In this document: piece by piece, positions 38,380-49,544 of the stretch
Layout: the number at the start of each line of letters is the position of its first letter
Position numbering within the stretch: position 1 is the stretch's first letter
Source of the DNA: Cenococcum geophilum
Taxonomy: Eukaryota
Assembly: GCA_050273025.1 (NCBI GenBank)
Contig: CP158635.1
Coordinates: 10,726,001 to 10,790,000 of the forward strand
Reading direction: 5' to 3'
Length of the DNA: 64,000 nt
Notes under the pieces: generated by a model
Told to the model about the DNA's origin: nothing
The model's database searches: none
The model's input: only the letters and a program-made list of their open reading frames with translations
Made by a program: the position numbers and the translations under genes

Positions 38380-38882
38380 GCAGAGCTTCGTGTAGAGCCT
38401 CCGTACGCAGAGCTTTACGTAGAGCTTCGCGCAGAGCCTTGTGCAGAGCCTCTGTACGTAGAGCTTCGTATAGAGCTTCGTGTAGAGCTTCGTGTAGAGC
38501 CTCCGTATGCAGAGCTTCGCGCAGAGCCTCGTGCAGAGCTTCGTGTAGAGCCTCCGTACGCAGAGCTTCGCGCAGAGCCTCGTGCAGAGCTTCGTGCAGA
38601 GCTTCGTGCAGAGCCTCCGTACGCAGAGCCTCGCGCAGAGCCTCGTGCAGAGCCTCTGTACGTAGAGCTTCGTGCAGAGCTTCGTGCAGAGCTTCGTGCA
38701 GAGCTTCGTGCAGAGCTTCGTGCAGAGCTTCGTGCAGAGCTTCGTGCAGAGCTTCGTGCAGAGCTTCGTGCAGAGCTTCATGCAGAGCCTCTATGCGCAG
38801 AGCTTCGTGCAGAGCCTCTGTACGCAGAGCTTCGTGTAGAGCTTCGTGTAGAGCCTCATGCAGAGCCTCGTGCAGAGCCTCT
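38380..38882 (+). repeat. 12-bp array with 14-bp variant units in X1 (GCAGAGCTTCGT / GCAGAGCCTCCGTAC-type)
   Basis: Direct reading; produces the CTKL and RASC repeat ORFs. Confidence 0.95.
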
Positions 38883-39004
38883 AAGTAATAAGACTATATA
38901 AGATTGTATAAGATTATATTAGATAGTATATAATAGTTAAATATATAGCATATAACTTTACCTTAATTGCATATTAAGAAATATACAGTTACCTTTTAAA
39001 GTTG

Positions 39005-39250
39005 CTAAGTAGGTTAACTGCGTATTATTTAACTTTTAAATATATTAAGTTAGTTAATTGCGTGTTAATTACGTATTAAGTTAGTTAAATTGCGTGTTAA
39101 GTTAGTTAATTGCGTATTAAGTTGGTTAAATTACGTATTAAGTTAGTTAATTGCGTGTTAAGTTGGTTAAATTGCGTATTAAGTTAGTTAAATGCGTGTT
39201 AAGTTAGTTAATTGCGTGTCAAGTTAGTTAAATTGCATGTCAATTACGCG
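39005..39250 (+). repeat. Subterminal 20/21-bp array of X1 (AAGTTRGTTAA(A)TTGCGTRTY)
   Basis: About ten units next to the right TIR; inverted partial motifs (TTGACACGCA, AACTTAACCGAC) near the left TIR at 37195-37275. Confidence 0.88.
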
Positions 39251-42200
39251 AAACGCAAAAATTAAAGTCTACTTAAATCTTATCCTGCGAATATTTTCCC
39301 GATGAATAAGGATATATTAGGCGCTAGAAGAGCGGTAGTATAGGAATGCTAAGTATATATATAGATAGCATCTAATAGAAGTTTAGGAGTTAGGAGACTT
39401 AATACTTTAACTAAAAAAATTCCTTATAGAAAAATACTTAGATGGATAATAGTAGTAGAAATGTCTAGAGAATATATATCTATAGTATATAGAGAATAAA
39501 AAGTAAACTAGGTATTAGCTAAAGAATAAGCTAAGTATAATAGGATTAAGTAGCTAATAGTTAGGAAAAGTAGAGGCCTATAAAACTAAAGGAAACTAGT
39601 AGTAGAGCCTTAAACCCCTAAAGGAATTTAAGAATAATACCTAAATTTATAAATTAATTGGTAAAATTAACAGTTTAAAGCGCTAATAAATAGTGGAGTA
39701 ATAAAAAACTATATTTTACTAGTAGCAGTTAAGAGAATAGGATTGCCTTATAGATAGAAGGAGTAATTTTACCTATTAGTTATAGTTTTAGGAGATCTAA
39801 TAACCTATAGAGGAGGGATTATTAATCTTAAAATAAGACCTATTTAAATAACTATTAAAGGAAAATAAATTAAGATATCTTTTAATATCCTACTATTAGG
39901 ACGGGGTAAGGTAGTATTAGATATACCTTAGTTATAGGAGTATAATCTAAAGATTAATTAGGTTACAGGTTAAGTTAATATTAAAGATACTTAACGCTAT
40001 AAAATATAATAATAAACTAAAATAGTATAATACTAAGTTAGAGTAATATATAAAGAAACTAAGTAAGGCTTAAGTTATATACTAAAAAGATACTATAAGT
40101 ATAGTAAGAAACTATTAAGTCTAGAAAAAAAAAAGCTAGTAGATTATATAGTATAGGACTATAAAATAGAGTTAGAACTAGAAATAAGTTTAAGGTTTTT
40201 TCTAACCTATAAGCTTACTTAAGAAGAATTAAAAGCACTTAAAGAGTTCGTCTAAGAGAACTTATAAAAGGGATATATTAGACTATTATAATTATTAGTA
40301 GAATATCCAGTACTATTCGTACTAAAGAAAAATAGAAAACTTAGGCTATATATTAACTATAGATAGTTAAATAGTATTACTTAGAAGGATAGGTATCCTT
40401 TACCCTTAATTAGCAAAATCTAAGATAGGATAGGTAATGCGTAAATCTTTATAAAGATAGATCTAAGATAGGTATACCATTAGATTAGAATTAAGGAAGG
40501 ACTATATAAACTATTAGTTATATAATTTAGGTTAATAAATATACTAGCGATATTTTAAAAGAGAATTAATAGTATATTAGGAAAATACCTTAATAAGTTT
40601 ATTATGGCATACCTTAATAATATTATTATCTACTTAATAACTAAGAAAGAGTATAGGGAATACATTAAATAGGTCTTAAGGAGACTATAAAAAGAACAGA
40701 TACTAGTAGTAATTAAAAAAATATAAGTTTTTTACTAAGACCGATTTCGTTAGATTTATTATTAAACTAGGTTATATTAGTATGGACCTAAAGAAGATTA
40801 AAGCTATAGTAAGTTAGTAAGAACTAGAAAACGTAACGCAGTTAAGGTTATTTTTAGGGTTTTGCAACTACTATAAAAGGTTTATAGCATAATAGTTAAA
40901 GAATATTAAACTATTTACTAGGCTAATAAAGAAAGAAGAACTATAAACATAGGGAAATAAGTAGAAGAAGCTATTTAAGGAACTTAAGAAGTTATTTACC
41001 TAAAAGCTAGTCCTTAAGATCTATTAACTAGGACTAGATACGGTTATAAAAACAGACTTATTAGACTTTATACTAGGAGTATATTTACTATAAAAGTATA
41101 AGAATATATAGTACCTAGTAGCGTACTATAGTTAGAAGATAATACTACTAGAACTAAACTATAACATCTATAATAAGGAGTTATTAGGTATAGTTATAGT
41201 ATTTAAGGAATAAAGAGCATTCTTATAAGGCGTAGAAAAACTATTTATAGTTAAAATAGATTATAAAAACCTAATGGGGTTCCTAATAATAAAAGAACTT
41301 AACTAAAGATAAGTTAGATAGGTAGAGATGCTTAAAAAATACTATTTTAAGATTTAGTATACTAAAGGAACTAAGAATATAAAAATTAACGTACTTAGTA
41401 GAAAAGCCAAATTATAAAATAATGAAAAACTATTAGGAGTAATACTACGTAAAGATAAGGATAGATTAATTAGATATAATTACCCTAAGCTAGTAGCAAC
41501 TTAAGAGAATAATAAATTAAGAAGAGTCTATAAGATACCGGAAAGCTTTTAGGTATAAAGAATTCTAGAAATATAGCTAGAAAATCTATAGATGGATATA
41601 TATAAAAACTAAGAAGCAAAGTATATTCTAAGAAGTATTATAAAGTATTTTATAGAAGATTTCTATAGGGGAATAACTTAAGGATATAACGGGGTAATAG
41701 GCTTAGTGTTAAGACTTTAGAAAGAGTATATTATTAATAGAATATAGGGCATCGCTAAAAAGGTAATAAAAGAGTATCTAAATTGTTAGAGGAATAAACT
41801 AATAAGGTATAAGCTATATAGAGGGCTATAACCTATTAAAATACTAAAGAGACTATGGGAAGTTATATTATGGGACTTTATTATTAAGTTATTAAGGTTA
41901 AGATACCCTATTACTAAATAGGAGTACGACGTAATCCTTATAATAGTAGATAAGTTAACTAAATAGGGCTACTTTATAGCATATATAGAAGAAATCTTAG
42001 TAGAAGACGTCGCTAAAATCTATATTAAGGAAGTATTTATAAAATACAAAGCACTAAGTAAAATTATATCGGATAAAGATCTAAGATTTATAATAGTATT
42101 CTAGGAGGTATTTTTAGCGGAATAAGGGGTTTACGCAGTAATATTAATAGCATATTACCTACAGATAGATAGTTTAAATAGAAAGATTAAATTAGATGCT

Positions 42201-42919
42201 TGAATAGTATCTAAGATATTATATTAATTACGCATAAAATAATTAGGTATTATTATTACTAGTTATATAGTTTATATATAATACAATACCGCAGGAAAAA
42301 ATAGGTATATTACTATTTAAGGTAAATTACGGATATAAGCTAAGAATATTATTATTACTATAATAAGTAAAGAAAATAAGTAGTATAGCTAAGGAAAGGA
42401 TAAAGATATTAATAAATCTTTATATAGACCTTATGGAATTAGTAAAGACAGTATAAAAAAAAAAGTACTATAACGCTAAGAGATCTAAGGGACTAGATTT
42501 TAAGAAGGGGGATAAAGTATAGCTACTATACAAAAATTTCAAGAGTCGACAACTAAGTAAGAAGTTGGACTATATTAGGCTAGGACCTTTTAAAATTATA
42601 TAGAGGATTTTACCGGTTATATTTAAGTTAAACCTACTAGCTAAAATAAAAATCTACCCTATATAGTATATTATAATACTAGAACTAGTATATAGGAATA
42701 TTAAGCTATTAATCTATAAAGCAGATACGTAGGGAGGGTAAAAAAAAGATAAATAGTAAGTTTTATAGATTATTAGTTATAAGGACGTTAATAATAAAAT
42801 ATAGTATAAGGTTAAGTGGATAGGCTTTAATAAGACTACCTAGAAGCTACTATAGAACTTAAGAAATGCTATAGAAAAGATACGGGAATATTAGAAGAAA
42901 AAGGGTTAGGTAATATTAA

Positions 42920-43527
42920 GAAGGAGCTAAAAATAAAGAAATTAGTTAAAGGTAATAGACAAGCTACATTATCTAAGGGATCCACTACTAGCATATTTTA
43001 TTTCCACCTTATCTTAATTAGAATCCTTTTTAGCCTCCTTAGCCTTAAGCTTAAAAAGACCTTATTTAATAAGACGTAACTTTTTTAAGCGTACCTTTTT
43101 ATAAACCTTTACTAAATGGCTTAGATAAGTATAAGTATTTAGTTAAGCTTTTAGAGCCTAAGACGCCTTATTAAAACAATTTTAAACTTTAGTAAGGGCC
43201 TTAGCTAGTTTACTCTTTAGTCTTTTGGCTGCTACTAATATATAAAACCCTAAGATAAATTAAATAAGGAACTAGACGGTTATAAAGATTAATAAAATAC
43301 ATATATTTAGCGTTAGAGGCGGATTAAATATTATAGGATAATTATATATTCGCTTATGTATACTTAGTATATAAAGAAGGTTAGCAACTAGACGGAGCTA
43401 TAATTATAATATATACTAACTTCTTCTTCGTATAATAAGAATAGGACGGTATAACTTTACTAAAAGAAATAATAAACGTTACTAGCTAATTATAATAATT
43501 AGATATAGAGGATCTAATAGAAAGTAT
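42920..43527 (-). pseudogene. Antisense Zn2Cys6-like/coiled-coil gene of B3 (RIP-degraded)
   Basis: Colinear with 10450-11057; same TAT-for-TGT spacing. 3' end approximate. Confidence 0.62.
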
Positions 43528-44016
43528 TAGAAATAATAAAGGTTATTAAATTAAAGACGGGAATACTATACCTTTAATAAATAACTTAGAGATAGGAGAT
43601 ATCTTTAAAGATAAAGATAAAGAGGAGGGGGATGGTGTTATGGACCTTATATTAGTAGTAGTAGCACTATTAATGAGAGATATAAATGGACTAGTAGTAG
43701 AAGTATAGGAGGTATTAGAACTAGTTATATTATAAGTTTAGAATATAGGAACGTAGGAATATAGGAATACAGCGTACCAACGTACTAATATACTAACGTA
43801 CTTAGTACATTTCTTAGGCGTAGTATTATATATTTAAAGGACTACAGTCCCTACCTAAATAGTTCTCTTTTTTATAGTAAATCTTAGAATATAATTAGAG
43901 TTAATCTGTTAGGCAACTACTCCACCAGTTATTATTACGTTATTAACTTCTTATTTACCTATATACCCAGTCCATTAATAAGTTTACTATAGTTCTTTCT
44001 ATAAGGCTTCGTTACA

Positions 44017-44127
44017 CTATATACTATAAATATATATTTTTTAGGCATTTCTACTACTATTATCTGTTTAGGTATTTTTCTATAAGGAATCTTTTTAGTT
44101 AAAGTATTAAGTTATTTAACTCCTAGA
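44017..44127 (-). mobile_element. B4 relic, right part
   Basis: Matches 30229-30325 and continues 34141 across the CTATA TSD. Confidence 0.75.
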
Positions 44128-45686
44128 GCCCGCGAAGCCCTACTATACGCGCCTACGTTACTGTAGGTGGAAAGATTATCTAAAATCCGTTCCTCTTAAT
44201 GGCTAAGTATAAAGGCAATAGTAGAGAGCCATTGTAGTGCGTACAGCGCTATTATAGTAACTCTATAATATTAAGCCTATAACGCGTATAAGTATCGCCC
44301 TTAATAATACCAGGAGTCCTACTACCCCTACTTAAGGCTCCTATTATACCATTTAGGGGGGTTATTAAGGGAAACTAGATATAAAAACTACCTATTATAT
44401 AACTACCTAGCTTATAGCTAGGCCTAAAACTAGCCTTATTTAGCTAGTTAATATAGATACGCCCTAGGCATACAATAGAACACCCTTAGGCTTATACTAG
44501 CTCTAAGACTATAGGAATAAAGTAAGGGTATAGGGAACCTCCTTTTATAAGAACTTTTTAGGGTTAATATATTACAGATTTATACGAAACTTATTAAAGC
44601 CCTAAGACCCCTATAACATCTATAATAAAGAAATGCTAGATATTATCTTTAGCTTTTAGCATTAGCGTATATAGCTAAAAGGGACCCCTAAGCCTATTTA
44701 GGTAGTTTTAGATTATAAGGCCCTAGAATACTTTATAATAATTAAGGCCCTTATAGCGCGGTAAGTGTACTAGGTAGATACCCTATCCTAGTTCCACTTC
44801 CTAATTATATATAGGCTAGGTGCTACTAACTATATAGATGCTCTTATAACGCGTAAACAAGACCTAAATAATTAAATGGCCGTAAAGATCTTATTATAGA
44901 CCTAGACATTACTATAACTAAAGTATCTTAACCCTTAAATATAGGAAGAACTAAGTACTAAACCTTTAAGCGCTAAGATATATCCTATTAACCCTATAGA
45001 ATTTAACCTTATTAATAAACTACTATAAGTGAACTATACGAGCCCTTCTCTATAGGAGTACTGTAAAAAGGTAAAGAATATTACTAGCCTATAGTCTCTT
45101 AGAAATGGACTACTTAAGCACTAGAAATAGCTAGTAGTAGTAAAGAAATAGAACTTATAAACCTAGCTTATTGCTAAAGTACCTAAATCTCTACGGCCTA
45201 CCCTAGAAAAAATAAAACCTATAAGATTATTAGTAACCATTACTACTAGCCCAGAATAGTTATAGATATTAACCGTTATATACAGAACTACAATAACTAC
45301 TATAGTGTTATAACTTTGCGCTACTATATAATAGATATAGGCTAGAGAGCTTATAAGGTATTCTAACTAGCAGCATATTTAGTTATAAAACACTACTACT
45401 ACCTTTTTAGAGGTTTATATAGCTAAGTGGATTAGGCTTAGGTATAATAATATATCTTATAACTACCTAAAGGTTAGTATTTAATCTAGTATAGGGTTAA
45501 GCATTTATAAGTATAAAATAGCCTAAGTAACTATACTCTTTATAGTTAGTACGGAGTATTATATATACTTACTAGAGGTTACTTTATAAAAAGCTTAATA
45601 TACTAGCTAGGGTGCTAGCGGACGCCTCGCGATTAGCAGCTAGGGTACTATAAGTAGCTAAAGTGCTATATAGCTAAGATCACTTA

Positions 45687-46636
45687 GAGGCCGTTCGGTT
45701 GCAAATCAGCTCTATATCATATTTGTTCAATCCGTGCGCCTTTTAGTGTCGTCCGTTTTGTAATTAGTGGCGGCTACTACCGCGGCCCATTTGAATATGT
45801 AATTGAGTCGATCGTTCGGTAGCCTCCATATGAGGCTCCAGATTTGGCTTCGCATAATCCGTGATTGACGTCGGTGAGCGATTCGAGTGAGCCCCTCTCT
45901 GCCACCAGGCCTCTATCGCGACTCCCTACTTTGGTGTAGTAATGGAGCCTCCTCCTCGACCAACGCCCCCTCTGCGATTAACACTTGCTACACCTTCGCT
46001 TACCTCCCGTAGGAGCCGTAGCAGAGCTATAGCAACGCCCGCATCGCCCGCGACGCCCGCGACGCCCGTAGGGCACAGGAACGCGCGTATAAGATGGACA
46101 GGTGAGATGGAGGAGGCGATGTTAGAAGGCCTCGTTGAGGCCGTTAAGAAAGGATTTCGCGTAGATAGCTCTTATAAATCTGACGGCTGGAGGATTGCTC
46201 TTAATCGTACGCTTGCTGTTGCCTAGCAGCCTGTTACTCTTAAGCAAATCAAGAGCAAGCACGATAACCAGATTATGAAGGTCAAGATAATAACATCAGA
46301 TAAGGCTTGCAAATGCGATAGTAGTATCGCGGTTGGGGTGTGTGGAGTCGCCATATCACAAGAAGTTGTTACTTTGGCGCGTATATGAGAGCTCAAATTA
46401 ATATGGAATATGGAACGGAGGCTCAAGGGCAGCATATTGAAACGGTGCCAAGAACCTCATTTTAACTACCGTATATAGTATAGCTTGCAAATTTGACGCG
46501 CTTACCGATATGGAGGAGCTCCATATTCAAAAGTCGTCAGATTTACCGAACGACAGCCTCATATTCAGATTTGAGATCCATATCGGTTAAATATGGAGCC
46601 TCCATATTGAATATGAAGTTGTAACCGAACGGCCTC
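45687..46636 (+). mobile_element. PIF/Harbinger non-autonomous deletion derivative (950 bp)
   Basis: 18-bp TIR GAGGCCGTTCGGTTRCAA; TSD TTA at 45684-45686 and 46637-46639; empty site visible in the second TRIM2 interior (~47080); carries a Myb/SANT-like ORF. Confidence 0.93.
45942..46272 (+). pseudogene. Truncated Myb/SANT-like DNA-binding protein (Harbinger ORF1)
   Basis: RIRWTGEMEEAMLEGLVEAVKKGFRVDSSYKSDGW matches the Myb/SANT-like pattern; after the TAG at 46224 (likely CAG) the frame continues QPVTLKQIKSKHDN, the third helix, then breaks. Confidence 0.85.
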
Positions 46637-49260
46637 TTAGCAAAAGGCTAGCTATAAGTCGCGATTTAGGCGCCTAAGGATATACGCCCTAAGAGGGGGT
46701 ATAGTTATTACGACTTTGCACTACTTATATAGGATATATAGGCTAAAGAGCTTATAAGGCATTTTACCTAGCAGCCTATCTAGTTACAAGACACTATTAC
46801 TACCTTTTTAGTAGTTTATATAGTTAAGTAGGTTGGGCTTAGGTATAATAATATATCTTATAACTACTTAGAGGTTAGTGTTTAATTTAGTATAGGGTTA
46901 AGTATTTATAAGTATTAGACAGCCTAAGTAACTATACTCTCTATAATTAGTATAGGGTATTATATATACTTACTAAAGGTTACCTTATAGAGTTTAATAC
47001 GCTAGTTAAGGTACTAGTGGACGCCTTATATATAGCTAAGAGTGCTATAGGTAGCTAGAGTACTGCGTAGTTAAGACTACCTAGCAAGAGGCTAGCTATA
47101 AGTTGTAATTTAAGCGCCTAAGGATATACGCCCTAAAAGGGGGTGTAGTTGTTATAATATTGCGCTACCTATATAACAGATATAGGCTAGAGAGCTTATA
47201 AGGTATTCCAACCAGCAGCCTATCTAGTCGCGAGATACTACTACTGCCTTTTTAGTGGTTTATATAGTTAAGTGGATTAGGCTTAGGCATAATATATAGG
47301 TCTATAATTCTACGAGATAAAACCCTAGGACTATTAAAGCTACTTTTAATACTAGAGCGCCCCTAGTAATATATCTCTATAGACTTTTATAAACTACTAG
47401 TAAACCGTAACGGGTATAATATAGTTATAATCCTAGTTAACTGCTTTAGTAAACGCCCTTTTTTAATTTCCTATTATAAGAATATTAATGCTAAAGAGGC
47501 GGCCTAACTATATATTTACTATATCCACTAAATTTATAGACTACTAAATACTATTATATTGGACTATAGGCTAGAAGGACCATAGACTATATATAAAAAA
47601 CTATCTTATAAGGAAGCCTAGTAGTACGCTAAGCGCTTAAAGGAAGCCTAGATAGTAGCCTATATAAATTAAAAAAAGGTTTAGAAATTAATAGAATAGT
47701 AAGTAAATAAGTATAGGCGAGAGCCTAACTTTACCGTAAGTAATATGGTATAGGTTATAATAAAGAACTAAAGGATAGAACGGCCTAGCCATAAGCTAGA
47801 CTATTAAATAGCATGTCACGGAACCCTACCGCAGGGGCCTCCATAGGAGAGCCCCGTGCCCTCGCGTATACCTCGCGTACAGCTTATATTAGCTACGCAT
47901 AGGTATATTACCTCCTTACGCCCTCGACCCTTATAATCGATTGCGCAACGTCTTATAGACTCCTTAAATATATACGTTCTATAGCTGCTGCCTCTAACCT
48001 ATAACATTACGTTACGCCTTTTTATTACCGACGCTTAGCCTATAACTAATTCTACGTCTCTATAATACTATAGGCGCTGCTAAAAGCAGCGTATCTATAA
48101 GTTACCCTACTTTATACTTTTAAGGAACCCATAATAGTAAAACAATATCCTTTATTAGCCACTATATTAAACCTAAAGAACAATTTAATACCTATATTTA
48201 ACCTATAACGCCAATTAATCCTAGGAGAATTTAATTTATTAGCCCTAGCCTTAACCCCTAAGGGGAAGCCTAGTGGCTTAAAAGATTACAACGACCTTAA
48301 TAAGGTGGACACTAATAATGTCTTATCTTTTATTAACTATATAACTACGGATAAGTAAGCGGAAGGGCTACTACCTATTAAAATTAAAATATAAAACGCC
48401 GAGATATTTGTAAAAATGGTAGCATAAGAACCTAATTAATACTACCGCCTTCTATAGAACTACTACCTAAAGCTTATATAAGCTAAGATGCGTACTACCT
48501 AAGATCGCGATATTATCTAAGACCTATAAGCTTATAAGGCGCTCGCTAATAATACCCGCTAAAAAACTAAAGATAACCTTTATATATCTAAATGCGACAT
48601 CTAACGGTTAAAGAAGGCTAAGATTATACCTATTACTACGGTTACTAAAAGAGAAGGCATAATTAAATACCTATAATCTTAGCTTAATAAGCACATTTAT
48701 AATAACGCTAGACACCTCTTTACTATATATAACGCCACCTAAGTCTCTATACCCCCAGTAACCTTACCTACTTAATACTTAATAGAGGGTTAGCGCTAAG
48801 CAGCTTTACCTAATAGGAACCCCTACTAGAGCAATAATAATAAAATCTATAATAATTAAACCTAAGCTGCTATTGTAGGGTCTAATATACGTTACCCTAA
48901 TCCCCTAGTCTTTTAGGAAGACTGCAAGGAATATAGCTATTAAAAGATGCAAATCTATAAGAAACTAACTTTGAGCGCCTACCTTTTTCCTACGGAAGAT
49001 ACTAAAATTAGCTATATTATTGGATAAATAAAGGGTATACTATTTAATAGACTCTTCGCCTAATGGGGGACTAGTAGCCCCTAAAAGTAATAGTCTTACT
49101 AAAAAGTTCTTAATAATTTTAACTTAATATACCGCGACCACGACCTAGTGGCTACTAGATAAGCTAAACTATATACCTTAAAGATAAGCCCTACTAAATT
49201 ATTTAACGAGTTCTATATTAAATTTTAAGAATATATAGGAGCCCTCGCCTAAGACGATAC

Positions 49261-49427
49261 TGTTAGTAGGGGGGGGTACTTAGGCAGTCTCTTTGAGCTC
49301 AGCGACGTGTCACGTGATAGCGCGCGGGCCATCGTGTAGATATCTTCTCGGGGTCTTCGAGCCCCTGAGATTCTTCCTCATAGAGCATCATATGTATCAT
49401 TCCATTAACTTGCTCAGTGCCCTGACA
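49261..49427. mobile_element. Solo LTR (167 bp) in A2 gag
   Basis: TGTTAG...CTGACA; TSD GATAC at 49256-49260 and 49428-49432; absent from A1. Confidence 0.92.
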
Positions 49428-49544
49428 GATACTAAAGACTAAAAAGATCTTCTTAAAAAAGTTACTTATTGCCTTAGTTATACAGCCGCTAGCTATAACT
49501 ATAATAACGTTTATAATATAGTAGCAGCCCTACGGAAGATTAAA

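Larger units (their letters stand above)
37151..39304. mobile_element. Non-autonomous TIR DNA transposon X1 (2154 bp), CMC/CACTA-like architecture
   Basis: Perfect 14-bp TIR CATCGGGAAAATAT / ATATTTTCCCGATG; interrupts B3 relative to B2; subterminal repeats; no transposase; TSD not cleanly readable (TA left, AA right). Superfamily is an inference. Confidence 0.85.
34142..44016 (+). mobile_element. Full-length Ty3/gypsy chromovirus family B copy 3 (B3), containing element X1
   Basis: LTRs at 34142-34547 and 43636-44016; TSD CTATA at 34137-34141 and 44017-44021; PPT at 43621-43635; gag from ~34589, protease ~39680, RT MAYL(DD)IIIY ~40605, RH ~41045, integrase 41680-42300, chromodomain 42750-42900. 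Confidence 0.95.
45306..47294 (+). mobile_element. Tandem TRIM (TRIM2): LTR-internal-LTR-internal-LTR
   Basis: Three ~145-bp LTRs (45306-45449, 46706-46850, 47150-47294); two ~300-bp homologous interiors each ending in the PPT AARAGGGGGTRTAGT; one TSD TATAG at 45301-45305 and 47295-47299. Confidence 0.92.
44128..47813 (+). mobile_element. Heavily deleted Ty3/gypsy family F (RH and integrase remnants), interrupted by TRIM2 and A2
   Basis: De-RIP: YNIY(D)KEML.II.SF.H(W)R..L.GT...I.VV(SDH)KALEYF (44612-44740), HP(G)KNKT...YY(W)P..C..C (45195-45300), RDKT(P)GLLK(P)L.I(P)ERP(WQH)IS(M)DF (47313-47390), ERPS.KLDYQ (47775-47810). Left boundary approximate. Confidence 0.82.

Noticed and set aside
38353..38888. 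The two longest ORFs (142 aa CTKL repeats; 149 aa RASC repeats)
   Set aside because: Both are translations of a 12/14-bp minisatellite on opposite strands; the 14-bp units shift the repeat register, arguing against coding.
37149..39306. Tc1/mariner assignment of X1 from the left-flanking TA
   Set aside because: The right flank is AA, not TA; the related X2 has a TG duplication; termini and subterminal arrays do not fit mariner.
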